Assembly (NCBI GenBank): GCA_002269645.1
Contig: NIVC01001021.1
Location: 310,001-374,000 of the forward strand
From: Macrostomum lignano
Taxonomy: Eukaryota
DNA length: 64,000 nucleotides
Direction of reading: 5' to 3'
Part shown: positions 52,016 through 64,000 of the stretch, in pieces
Layout: every line of letters begins with the position of its first letter
How positions within the stretch are numbered: position 1 is the first letter of the stretch
Position numbers and translations under genes: made by a program
The notes under the pieces: generated by a model
Told to the model about the DNA's origin: nothing
Database searches by the model: none
Seen by the model: only the letters and a program-made list of their open reading frames with translations

Positions 52016-52688
52016 GATCGAGAACAGGCTATCAATTAGTTTTAATTCAAGGCCGCCAGCAGGTGCGCCTCAAATTGAGGCTTTTTACTGCGACTGCAAA
52101 GCGAGAGAAGGCTAATCAAGAGGACGAATATAGCTAAATTTATTCACTTCCTGTCCCCCGCCAAGACTCCAAAGGTAGGGTAGTCACTATGCCGCAACCA
52201 AGGATAACGGAAGCCACTAATCAAGACTGTCCTACATCTATCAATTCAATATAAGAGCTTGATTCTAAGCACGAGGCAGGCAGAAAAAATAGTTATGGTT
52301 AACAGTTGATAGTAAGAGTAAAGGGGAGAAGAGAGACAAGCGAGACAGACTGACTGACAGACAGTTCGAGAGTGAGGTGACTGGATGCAGGTGGCAGCCA
52401 GGATTGGCTGGCTGGGTGCAAGGCAGATGAGCTTTCCGTTGATGACATTGGCGACTGTTCATTAGCTCCCAGCTAGTCGCTCTGCATCCCTGTAGCTCCT
52501 GTGTTTTGTTCTGCTTTTAGCGTCCCGTCTCTGATGGGGGCTGAGAACCAATAGGATTTGCTTGCAGTCTGTTCGAAAACAAACACTAAATAAAATGCAA
52601 AGCGGGTTCTCTTCTTGTTTAGTAATCTCCAAATCTTCAATCTTCGAATTAGTATCAACATAGCAATCGAAATAACATTTGAGTCGTC

Positions 52689-55189
52689 ATGATTCTCACA
52701 CGCGACGCTTTTAGTATCCAAGTGGTGACGGTAAGTTACTCGTAAATCTTCTGAACTGTCAGTCTTTCTGCACAGGTTTTCAATGAGAATACCTGCATTA
52801 CATATTGCATCCGACAGTCCTTCAACGTGTCAATCGAATGGCTGAAGGCTGTGATGCAGCGGCACACTGAGCAGTCGAGGCGAATCACGGCGAACAACAT
52901 CGTTCAACTAACTCTGCTATGCATGGTGTTCGTGGCCGGCACAGTGACTAACCTGCACATCTTAGTAACAGTTGCTAGGCAACCGCGTCTGCGCCGAAAG
53001 GTGACCAGCCTGATGCTTAATCAGGCGGCCGCTGGGCTCATCATGACGGTTTACTGCATCCCGGTGAACATGATACGCCTCATCACCAAGTCCTGGGGTC
53101 TGGGCGCCTGGAGCTGCAAAGTGTACATGCTAGCTAATGGTGAGCATTTTCAGCATCTCCTATCTGCTTGTACTTTTATTAACTGTCAATCAAAACTGAT
53201 TGAAAAGAACTTATGCAGGCCAAAGTAAACCAGACGCCAGATGGCACTAACAGCTGGAGTCGCTGTAACATTATATTATCTAGATATCTACATCTGTCTG
53301 TCAGAATCTACTTCTGACAGACATTGGTGTGACTTTTTTAAGTTAAGGGAATAGTTCTTGCGGCATACAGTGGAGTAAGGGATTACTTATTCTAGACAGG
53401 CTAAGATAAGATGGGATTCACAGTTTCTGTACCCAGTGGCCCCAGTAGGATCATTTCATTACGCGGTCAGTGTCTATAGTCTGACAAACAAAACTTACCT
53501 CGAGCAGTGCCAGTAAAGATAGATAGCTCTCCTTTGACACAGTCGCATCTCTGTTTTACTAATTAGCTCTAATTGACTATTAAAATAATCTGACCCATTT
53601 TCGTGATTTGCATCCATTTTTACATAGTCTTAAAAAGGATTTTCACGACTCCGTTACGTTGGTCGCTAAATCAGGGGCATTAGCAATTTGCCTGATGAAA
53701 ATAATTATAAAGTAGGACATTTCTCTAGCAGCTGTCTGCTTCGAAAGAGAATTATTTTGGGAACATTACCCTTTAGGAACAGGGTTGATTAACATGACGT
53801 CCACCCAGACAGTAAAATCACCAAGTGCCTACAAGTGGACCTTTCATTTTGAGTCATTTGAAAATGGGAATTTTCGCTTCATTCCTCATTCCGTATAAAA
53901 CTTGTCTATAAATGGGGAAACCTCATCAGTTAGGTTAATTAGTTTTGGGCGCTGCAACAGGTCTCGACCCGCGGCCAGCTGAGGATGCAATTAGTCATGG
54001 CCATTCCAATGTCCCCTGAGCACGCACGCGGCTTCGTACGAAGGCACACGCTAAGACGGATTGTACAGCGGCCCTGACTTTCTCGTCATCGGACATGTAC
54101 TCGTTCTGCGTCTTGGGAGTCGGCCTTCACGGTTGTGAATGACACAAAATCAACCAAAGACTGATTTGTATGCGGAATCGATCCATGCAGGTTACCACTG
54201 AGCTGTCCCGTCGTAAAACTCGTCATGCTGCATGATTAGAAAGTACTTAGTGTCATCTATTTCTAGTGAGCTACAAAAAAAACAACCGCGATCCTTTCAT
54301 CCCTGCAGCATTCGTTGTGCTACTGAACTCGTGCTCCCTAGTCACCATGGCCGTAGCGCACACTCGCCAGAGCCTTCTGCGGGCCAGAGCGCGACTCATC
54401 TCCGACCGACTGCTGACGGGCCTGCTGCTTGGCAACTGGCTGCTAGCTGGCGTTCTCAGCTCCCCGATGCTGTTTTTCTATTCGCTGCGCCGTCAGACAA
54501 TTGGCGTCACAGTTGTGGAACGCAACGGCACCGAGCAATGGAGTCTGGACCAGTTTGAGACGCCGCTGAGCTACTGCACGGAGCAGTGGGTTCTGCAGGA
54601 CAAGCAGAAGGTTGTGTCCATCTGCATAATGATCTTGCTGATTGTCTGTCCCGGCCTCGTGTTCACCGTCAGCTACGGTCGTCTGGCTCGACTGATCAGC
54701 CGCCGGCCGTCCTGCAGGCGCGACAACAGCAACGGCAGCGGCAGCAACCGATCCGATGCCAGCGCCAGCAACCGAGCAGCAGCCCTGGCCCTCATCAGCA
54801 GCAGCCGCAGCTGTCAGGTGCAGCGGGTAGCTAATAACAATCAACACCAGCCGCTGCCGAAGCCACAACCGCAGCAGGGTGCTGCTCGTGTAAAGCGTCT
54901 CATCATCGTCATGGTTGCGTGCTTCTTCCTCTGCTGGTTCCCGAAGTCGCTGCTGATTGTGCTGATTGACTCGCTGGACCTGGCGGGCAGGGAGAGCCTG
55001 TCGTCTGGTTTGACAGCCGGGCTGGAGTACGCTCGCATCCTGGTGTACGCGCACCCGGCCGTGTCAGCTGTGCTCTACTGCAGGATGAGCGTAGCTTTGA
55101 GGCGACTGACCGCCAGATCGATCGAACGATGGCGCGGCAGGATTCGCCACTGCCAGTGCTACTGTTTCGGTTACAGCTGCGGCTATTGA
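52689..55189 (+). CDS. Rhodopsin-class (class A) orphan GPCR, peptide-receptor-like
   Basis: TM1 GTVTNL, ECL1 W.LG.W.CK, TM6 CFFLCWFP, TM7 AHPAVSAVLY. Firm exons: ..53139 (donor gtgagc) and 54309-55189, phase 1. Tentative 5' exon 52689-52730 with a 45-nt intron to 52776; alternative start at ATG 52854. Confidence 0.82.
53930..54145 (+). mobile_element. Short 3'-end LINE fragment in the GPCR intron
   Basis: 54062-54145 aligns with the reverse complement of 50279-50362; upstream remnant RLISF..AATG resembles the ORF2 end RLIQFLRAT. Confidence 0.75.
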
Positions 55190-55254
55190 ACCACCGAGGA
55201 TCGGACGAACTTTTTGGGGTCAGAGTGAGGCTAAGAATAGTGGGGATGGTATTT

Positions 55255-55390
55255 CGGGACAAGTCCAGACGGAATCTGGAGACAAGTCGGGACGGAATCT
55301 CGAGACAAGTCGGGACGGAATCTCGAGACAAGTCGGGACGGGATCTCTAGACAAGTCGGGACGGGATCTCTAGACAAGTCGGGACGGGAT
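55255..55390. repeat. 23-bp minisatellite GAGACAAGTCGGGACGG(A/G)ATCTC 3' of the GPCR stop
   Basis: About 6 copies. Confidence 0.9.
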
Positions 55391-57214
55391 CTCTAGACAA
55401 ATCGGGACGCGATTAATTTTTTATAGACTGTATTGTATTGTCACAATGCTATTTTGTAACATTCGTTGATTGTGCATTGGCCTTTCACTTAAAGGCGTCA
55501 GGTTAGATCGGGATTCCATTAAGGAAAATTACCCATCTACATCTAGTCTGATCCACGCTGGACCCACGGTGGACCCAGACCCAGACTAGAGTAGTCTAGT
55601 GGAGTCCACGGGGTACGAGGGGTGTGGGCTGAGGTCTTAGGACTCTGCCATTGAACAAGAGAGGATACGGACGGGGTCCACGGGATACAGAGGCGGGGTT
55701 TCTTTAAACTAAATTAGAAGCAAATGACTGGCATTCAGAATTCAGTTCAGTCCAGGTCGTGAAGCCATGCTGTTTTTTCTTTTGGTGGAATCTCCATCTA
55801 GCTCGTAGTCCGTCGCAATGCTCTGGACTTTTATTATAGACTAAACGTCTGACACCTCTTGGTTTAAACGTTGTTTCCGTGTAAATTGCGCTGCTCAGTG
55901 TAACAATTTTTTTGCAGTTCGTTTTCTGTCCGCGTCTCTTCTTTCTGTATTTTTAAAATCATAAATCGCAACCGTACACTCGTACAGCTTATATGCATTA
56001 TATGTCTGTAAAGTTTATTTTTTAAGTTCGTGAAATCGCCGAAGGCTCAAGGCAGAAGTTTTCTTCAGTTTTTACAGTGCTCTTGTCTCCTAGAATTCCA
56101 GATGGGAAAAATGAAGCCAATATGAGTTACATGTAACTAAGAACCAGACACAGATGAAGCAGATGAAGCAAAAAATATAATAGACTCATTCGATTTTCAA
56201 TCAAAGGGAGGACAAAAATAGTTAACTCACCCTGTGCAAAACGACTCCCTACTGCAGCATAGCTGGAAGAATCTCAATTGTGTTTTAAATGCTTTTTTCG
56301 ACCCAAGCTTTCCCAATTTCATTGCATCTAATAATCTAAGCAAACAACTAACGGTCACGTGTTTCCCACTGGTTGTTTTATATCGTGTCCATTAGCTTGA
56401 TCACGGCTGCTCCTCATCATTGCTTAGACCCCCCCCCCAGCGCAGTAATGCGTCAATCCATCAATGATAATTGTTAGATCTCAGCTTGCATGTAAATCAT
56501 TTTGTTATGCTGCTCTGGGAAGCCTACATTAGCTATTTTGTTTCTAATTGCCCGCATAAACTTCTATGAGAGTGGCAGCTTGATGCACTAAAATTCGATA
56601 CAAAAATGCTTAGTCATCTCTCGAAGATTCACAGGTTTGAGTTTCACATCAGAGAGCCAGCGAGTTCCCCCTCCACATGAGCATATCTGTAGGCAGGTCA
56701 TGAGACTGCAGAGCTTCATCCTGCACGACACTGCTCCGGATTGTCATGTGATCCCAGTCATTGCATCCTGTTTGACTCTTGTATCAATTCCTTTGCACTG
56801 ATATTATTTCTTTGTTTCTGTTGCAAATTGACTTTATTCTGAAAGGAGTAAAAAAGCTTGCGTAAACGCGTTCTGTCAATTTTTTTCAAGTCCTGCTTTT
56901 TGTGCCCGTTTTGAATAATATACAGCCAGAGGAAAATCTTGAGATAAACAAAAGAACTGATTCGTTGTGGCATCAAACTAAGGCTGCCTACCTTTTGTCT
57001 TGATTTATAAGAAAAGTAACGTATTCAACTGCTCTCGTTGTATTCCAAGCCAACAGACTGCGACTTCAAACCGGAACTTGGTTGCTAGGAAAATTGCTGA
57101 AATTCACCGGCAGGTGAAAATCCCGCCTCATAAATTTGAACAGCGACTGCACAGATCCGGCAGACGATTTCAGAGACAGAAACAGTAACAGAGAAAAGGA
57201 CACTAACTACATGT

Positions 57215-59156
57215 ATGGAGGCAACAGCTAAACGAAAGTTGCAGTTTTTGGTGTACTGTTTAAGCCTAGCGCTACTGGGCCTGTTCGTAACTTGGCGAGT
57301 CGTTCGGCATCGAGGCTACGACTGTCACGCTAGTTCGGGATACTCAGAGCTGCAGCATGGAAGCCGAGGTGAGCATCGCCTGCTGCACTCGCCAACTCCT
57401 TGTGACTGGAAGCGACCGCCTCCGCTGGTGGTCGTAGCCATCGTTGCATCCGGCGCTGCAGTCGACGCCGAATCAGCCACCGCTGAACGCGCCCGGCACC
57501 GCCAGCTGCACGCCTCCGTCCGTCGGCATCGCGGCTTTCAACTACGCTGGATCTTTGTTGGAGCATTCGACAGTGGAATTGCATCGCTAGCAGATCGGCA
57601 ACTGCTGGACGCAGAGGCGAGTAAATACGGAGACATTCTCATGCTTGACGGTCGGTCTTTCCTGGGCTTCTCAGGCACCCTGGCAGCCATCGAGTGGAGT
57701 TTGAGTAGCTGCCGCGGTGCCAGCTTTCTGTTGCGCACTTCGTCCAACTGCGCCGTGAACCCGTTCAGGTTGGTGGAGTATCTGGGCGGTCTGAGACTCG
57801 GCGACAGTGGTCGAATGTTTCTGGGCTACCTGCCTTACCAGCTGCCTGCTAGGGACGCCAGCGCGCTGCTCTCGGCTGCTGTTGGTCTGGAGATCCGCGG
57901 CCGAATCCGGGGCGACAATCTCGTAGAAGGTCTGTTGCGTTTAGCTCGCATCTGTAGAATCTGTAAGCTTGTCAACTTTCAAATGCTCGAAATTTGTGTC
58001 GTCTAAATCATTCAAGTAGCCAGTGAGCTAGTGGCAGTGACTATCAAGGCTTTTCGACGTTGTGTAAAATTTCGAGCCGATGAAAACGTCATGATATAAG
58101 TACAATTGGATCAGTTGTTGAGCTTCCCGCAATGCAAGTTTGGGATTCGCTTTTTGTCAGGCCGAGATTTGAAAATCCCCCTTGTTCGCCGTTTACAGAT
58201 AAGTTCGCATCGCCCTACTAGGGCATCTGTCTATCTTATAGAGAGAGCATTCGTTTGGATAAGCTGTCAAATAAAGCCTTTTAAAGCCTTTGAGCAAAAA
58301 GGCTTATATCTGCGTAAGTTCATTTATAGATTTCTGTTTTGGCAGTGAAATTATTATCAACTGTATACAGCAGATCCTCTATCTTCAAAGAGGCTAAAAT
58401 AGACATTCTTAGTTTCAAAGCTCACGAGGGGAATTGCTGGGATTTCAAGGCTCATGGTGGAATTGCTGAAATACTGTGGCTCTTGCTTAAAACCTAGATA
58501 TAGTTACATTTACATGCATTTATCTATTTGTTTGTTTATACTTCTGTTTAAATTTCAGACTAACATGACTTGCTGATTTTTAACTGTGTTTTAAAGCTCA
58601 AATGAGTTGAACTTTTACTTTACAAAGTTCCTCATGCCAGGCGAAAAAGATTTCTGTTCAAAGCATGATTAGCCGGAAGACGTAAGGCGAATTACTGCGC
58701 TATTATAATAGTGCAATAGTCAAGAGTTAAATCCTAAATTTTCGAGCACTTACTTAATATATACACTCGCTGTACACTCGTTATTGCTCATCATTAATAA
58801 AAAACCCAGGTCCCGGCTACATCATGTCCATGGAAAATGCCGCCCGGATCCGTCTCTTAGCGACCAATAACAAATCGTTGAGTTGGCTGCGAGGTCGCCG
58901 ATTTTCGACCGCGCCAGACTGGCTGGAAGTGTCGCTCCTGGCCTCGCTCGCTGGCATCCGGCAGCGGCATAGCGGCCGCCTCTTCCGGCCGAGATTGCAG
59001 CTCAGTCGCGATCTGGACGATGCTAATTCGTGCACCGATTGGCGAGCCATCGTGGTACGCTGGAGTCGTCGACGAGAACGTCTGTTGGCACCGATGCTCT
59101 GGCAGCACGTGTCAGCGCCGCGCGGTTTTAATCCGCCTTGTAGTCTTGGAAATTAG
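57215..59156 (+). CDS. GT31-family (beta-1,3-galactosyl/GlcNAc transferase-like) type II membrane protein, 2 exons, ~353 aa; DxD motif absent
   Basis: N-terminal TM anchor; LDAEASKYGDIL; FLLRTSSNCAVNP at the K(T/A)DDDxxVN position; exon 2 begins GPGYIMS. Exons 57215-57929 and 58810-59156 (phase 1; alternative donor after 57962). Confidence 0.72.
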
Positions 59157-60627
59157 TGGGGGATTTCGTAGGTTAGGGATGAGTCGGTGGGAGTAGACCG
59201 GTACTGGTAGACAAGGACTGGGATTCGTTGTTAAAGCTTGTTAAAGTTGCTAAAGGTTGGATTTAGAATTGAGGACGTGATAGTAAGAGGCTGAGCTTGA
59301 ATTCTAGCATTATTTTCAGAGGTACTGGACTGGACAAGTTATTGTTTGACTTGACTCAACTAGAAATTGGACTCGAGACAAGATATAGTCGGACTAAACT
59401 GCAACTGATGGACAAGATGGACAAGGAGCTGAACTCGGACTAATGAACTGATCTAGGGGCAAAGGACAGCGAATACGCTCGTATATGGACTGACACTATA
59501 ATTAGACTCTCCAAATACTCGTACATGCTGCTCATAGCAAAAGCGTCTATAATGAGGACTTAACTTGTCTACTAGCTGACAAATGCGATGAAAATACAAT
59601 TTTTTGAACAGACTCGCTCAAAGAGCGCTGCAGTCTAGACTCAAAATAGCTACCTTTGACTTGAGCTTCAAATTGAAAAGTATCTAGATCTCAACCCTCA
59701 GGTGCCTCTTCTTTTGTTCAACACCAATCTCGCCTGCGTGCTACCTCCGACAATCTTCGAACAGACAGACTGGCTACGTAAAGCCTAGCTAGTCTGTAAT
59801 TAAAATTTCCCTCCCCGTGCAGGAAATTAATTTATCCACACTTTCTTCTTGTAGACCTCCTCAGGTGGACTGTCTTTGCTTTCCCCCCAGCTCAACTCTG
59901 CGCTACACTCATCCCTTTGCTTGTCCTCGCGCTTGGCAACTGTTGCCTTCGTGTGGGCCTCGATTAATACTATCAAGCCTTTAACGAGATGACACGAAAT
60001 TCCCTGAGCAGTTTTGTCCAGGCTTAGGCTAGCAAATCTCCCTCTACCTGGACGAGTCCGAATGTGAGCGTAAATTATTAAAGCGTAAATTAAAAGCATT
60101 TTTGATTGAGTAAATTTGTTAAACAATCGATAAAAATATGATTTTTAAAAAGTTAGCCATTGACAGTTACTTGGATATCGCGATTTAACGAACTGACTCT
60201 CTGGAGATTTAGATATGAGCTATAAAACTAAGGAAAATATGCTTCTGAGGCGCATTAATTACGAGTAGATGACATCTTTTAGTATACTCGTAAGCTTTTT
60301 GCTAGTGTGTCTAGGCATAATCTACTCTATTGAGGCTTAGTGCGAAACTTGATTAAACAAATATGATTAGTGATGCATTTGTCAAACAGGAGTGCTCAAA
60401 GTTTTTTGGTGTCGAAAAATAGTAAAAAATATAGTGGCTATTATACTGGTGCAAGTAGTATAATTTAACAATATTGATGGGTGCCTGATCGGTTTAGAAT
60501 CAAAGGCTATACTAGTAGAGGTTAAATAGTTTTTGTTTGTTGCAAAAATGTTTTTAGTCTTGAGACGGAACTTCAAGTCTATCAATTAAAATTAGCCATC
60601 GCTATTTCTCCATATCTTTATCAATAG

Positions 60628-61692
60628 CTAGGGCTTCACCGCCAGGGACATTGTGGAGGTAGCTTTGCTAGCCTCTCCGCCGGCGCTATAATCCCTGATG
60701 CCGAATATTTGCTTGACATTCTTCTTGAAGCGCGGATTGGCGTAGACGTAGATGATGAAGTTGCACGAGCCATCCAGTGAGGAGATCACGTTGCCAACCA
60801 GCCCGATCACGATGTACACGGGAGTCGGTATGGTCAACAGAACGTTGAATCCGAACAGAATCATGGGTATCTGGCAGATCAGGTACAGCTGCAGGAGCAG
60901 CACAATCATTCTGGTCATATCTTTCAGCTGCGAATCGGCGCGACTAGCCCCCCCGGAGGAGTTCTCCTTCTGGAACTTGGCGTTGTGCTTGATAGTGTAG
61001 AGCAGGAGAGCGTTAGCCGCCACGGCAATTAAAACGGGTGTGACCGTCTGCAAACCGAAGTTCGTCACCGTGGTGTACGTCGGGAAAATCTTCGTAGCAA
61101 CAATAGCCAGACGGTAGAGACCGTCCGGGCATAAGCCGTAAATTGTCGTGACCTCGAGGCAGCGGATTAGCGAAGTGCCCAGACTAATCACCCAGATTGC
61201 CACGATGTAGTACATTGTTCGGCTCTGTGTAAACCAGATGCTGCCCTTCAGAGGCCAGCGAATCTTGACGTAGCGCACAACAGACACGAACAGCATCGTC
61301 CAGTTATGAATGGTGATGAATGGAGCGCGGAAGCTCCAAGCTATCGGATGCACGTAGATTGGTAGAAAGTAGAAATTTAAATCGGCATTAGGAATGGACT
61401 CGATAGTGTGACAGAAGTTGTCCAAGGTGTTAGCCAGAACAAAGATTGTGTCAGACAGGCACAGGGTGCGCAGCTGCAGGGCCAGTGCACTGTCGCTGTC
61501 ATCCATGCCAAGGGCTACGAAGGAAATGGCGTTGAATAGCAGGGCCATTATGCACACAATTGACTGCAGAATGTCGCAGATGATGTAGAACAGGATGAAC
61601 CACAGCTCGGTCTGGTGGGACCAGCGAGACAGTTCAGCTGTGCAGTTGACCTCCACGGAGAACTGATAGCTGGTCAGATCCATCTGCACCAT
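60628..61692 (-). CDS. Intronless class A orphan GPCR (FMRFamide-receptor/Srw-like), 354 aa
   Basis: Seven hydrophobic segments; TM2 LCLSD, TM3 end SVVRYVKIRWPL, TM6 YLICQIP, TM7 SCNFIIYVYANPRFK; N-terminal NCT sequon. Confidence 0.88.
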   Translation of the reverse strand: MVQMDLTSYQFSVEVNCTAELSRWSHQTELWFILFYIICDILQSIVCIMALLFNAISFVALGMDDSDSALALQLRTLCLSDTIFVLANTLDNFCHTIESIPNADLNFYFLPIYVHPIAWSFRAPFITIHNWTMLFVSVVRYVKIRWPLKGSIWFTQSRTMYYIVAIWVISLGTSLIRCLEVTTIYGLCPDGLYRLAIVATKIFPTYTTVTNFGLQTVTPVLIAVAANALLLYTIKHNAKFQKENSSGGASRADSQLKDMTRMIVLLLQLYLICQIPMILFGFNVLLTIPTPVYIVIGLVGNVISSLDGSCNFIIYVYANPRFKKNVKQIFGIRDYSAGGEASKATSTMSLAVKP

Positions 61693-62703
61693 GTTGGTAC
61701 CGAATTTAGAAGGCGCTTAAGACTGAAAGTTACAAAACGTAGTGTAGCTTGAATTTCGATCTTGAATAGTTGTTCAGCCTCAGGTTTTATGCATGCAGTA
61801 TTTATAATTGATTTTCTGCAGTAGCTACAATCGCATAGTGTGCTACCTGATCTCGTGTTGTTTGTCTGGCGTGCCTAAGTTGCATGGGAAAATTTGCAAG
61901 GTTTTCGCTCTTGTGATTATTTAATCCATATCTGGGGCCGCGCACCTGGTTGTTTGCTGGGTGGCAGGCGGTCAAATGTTTTGTTTGGCTAAGGAACAAA
62001 CCTCTGCGTATCCGGCAGGCGTTTAAGCAAACAGTTCTATGCATACACTCTAGCACGTACTTCGTCGTATAGTAGGGAATTTAATAGTGAACAAAAAAAC
62101 TTCTCACGTGATGTTTTTGTCCTTAGAGATGCGGTGCGAACTCGTGCTGGTACAATGCCTTTTAGTGAGCGATTTCTTCAGCTGGACCACATGCAGCCAG
62201 CAAGTCTTCTCCGACTGGCAGACCTGTAAAACTCGACAGAATTAATTCCTTTGTTTAAATACGCAAGCTCATGCGGATTAATCGATTAGAAAAATTCATT
62301 TTGATGGAAAGCTGTATTGGGCTTTTTAAATAAACTTGGAAAACCTGTCGCTGTTCTTGATGTATCCGGTCGGTTAATGAGTTCAATTTTATTTCTGAAC
62401 AGGCAACACCCAAGCCTTTGGCAGAGTTTCTCGATTAGCAGTATTATTATTTTCTTGCGAGTTGTGCCTGTGAACTTAACTGAACAGTTCTTTTCTTGAA
62501 TCCGAGCTAGCAAGTTTGAAAAGACAAGCCCACAGCCTGGGGTCTAATTATTAGTTATTTTTTGTCTTCGATTTAAACGAACCCCTCCTGGGAAGAGAAA
62601 AAAGCTGAAATGCTGAATCGATCAGCATCATTCGCCAGATGCCACCTGCAGGAAAACCTGCTTAAAGAGGTTCCCAACATATGGCGTCCATCCAAAGAAG
62701 TGG

Positions 62704-62986
62704 AACAATGTCCTCGATGCTGTTGTGTGCGCAATGTCCTCGATGCTGTTGTGGGACAATGTCCTCGATGCTGTTGTGGGACAATTCCTCGATGCTGTTG
62801 TGGGACAATGTCCTCGATGCTGTTGTGGGACAATGTCCTCGATGCTGTTGTGGGACAATGTCCTCGATGCTGTTGTGGGACAATGTCCCCGATGCTGTTG
62901 TGGGACAATGTCCTCGATGCTGTTGTGGGACAATGTCCTCGATGCTGTTGTGGGACAATATCCTCGATGCTGTTGTAGAACAATGT
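62704..62986. repeat. 25-bp minisatellite GGGACAATGTCCTCGATGCTGTTGT
   Basis: About 11 copies. Confidence 0.95.
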
Positions 62987-64000
62987 CTTTGGTGTTCCGA
63001 TTCGATATTTTAAAGCTAGAGATATAATAATTTCCATCAAGATACCCCTGTTTGACGCTTAGCGTTGCATAAAATGCTACGGAGTAAATATGCATCCCTC
63101 GAATGTTTTCATACACTGACAAAGCAAAAAAATTGCAGGAAAGAATTGCTTTACCCAAATCACTACTCAAGTAGACCAGAGCTACTTGCTTTTACGCATC
63201 TAACGGTTTGATAACGGAAAGACTTTTGTTGAATTAAAAATGGGAAAACAAGTGTTTTATATACCTCTCAATTCCGTTGGAAAAATTCCAGTGACGGACA
63301 TGTAGGCCATCGTCCATGGCCACTCCAGTCCGAAGCAGAGTGTTTAAAAACGTCTCTTTGGGGGGTTATATTAGGCAATTTTCCTAGCGGTAGACATGGA
63401 AAGCTTGATGAGATTCGCTATAAACCAGTCATCTCATGAAACAGAAACTTTTGAGTAGCAAGCTTCAATCAAATGTTTATTTTATGGGACAAAAAGGAAT
63501 GCCCCATCTCTTTCCTCCCTGCTTCCTAAGTTCCTGCTGCCCGTTTAAAACATAGTTAAAAGAAACTCAGGCTCAGTATCATTTTTACGCGCTTAACACC
63601 TTGATTTATACCAGGTTTACAGAATGTAAATACTCGTACATGTAAGTTTTTTTTTAAACGCGCGACATCAAAAAAGCAGGTGCGAGAGAGCTTGTAGTGA
63701 AACAAAAATGGTGCCTGCCACAAAATCTTTTTCCACGAATCCACCTGCCAAGTTTGTCTAATCAGTGTGAAGATACATTGAAAATATAGCATACTTCTGA
63801 TGAACAATGATTCTAATGACGAAAGTGTAAACAGACTCCCGGTCGAGCGCAAGGATCACTTTAGAAGTAGAAGGACTGGATACTTAATGATTTCTTAGAA
63901 AAAAACTGAAGGCTCAGAAGGCTAAGAAAATTTTGTACTAATCTTCAACAAACAAAACAACTGCCATCGCAAGATTTGAGTTCATAGATAGTGGCGTTAC

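Noticed and set aside
59827-60126. 99-aa minus-strand ORF with coding-like composition
   Set aside because: No recognisable homology or convincing gene structure.

Overview
Eukaryotic (animal) genomic DNA: compact GC-rich spliced genes embedded in AT-rich sequence with about 20 minisatellite arrays. The style suggests a free-living flatworm such as Macrostomum; this is inference and cannot be confirmed here. Genes in order: an HR96/NR1J-like nuclear receptor (+); a 57-aa BRAWNIN/UQCC6-like small ORF missed by the ORF track, whose end overlaps the ATG of a 3-exon NAT9-like acetyltransferase (+); an intronless divergent AK2-like adenylate kinase (+); a 4-exon DGAT2/MOGAT-family acyltransferase (-) with an apparent 1-nt frameshift; sterol C5-desaturase (-); a KLHL10-like BTB-Kelch gene (+); two rhodopsin-class orphan GPCRs; and a GT31 glycosyltransferase-like gene lacking its DxD motif. 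Mobile DNA: a Buster-type hAT MITE with a perfect TSD, a CORE-type tRNA-derived SINE, LINE 3' fragments, foldbacks, and a candidate 11.65-kb element bounded by 98-bp inverted repeats that carries decayed KDM3/JmjC exons. Most interesting: (1) the overlapping BRAWNIN-NAT9 bicistron-like arrangement, (2) the large inverted-repeat-bounded element with captured demethylase exons, (3) a GAATC/AGAATCGCC core shared by many otherwise unrelated tandem arrays. Gene models and family calls were made by eye against remembered family motifs; no database search was run. Most long ORFs in the track over tandem arrays are artefacts. No CRISPR, rRNA or true tRNA gene was found.
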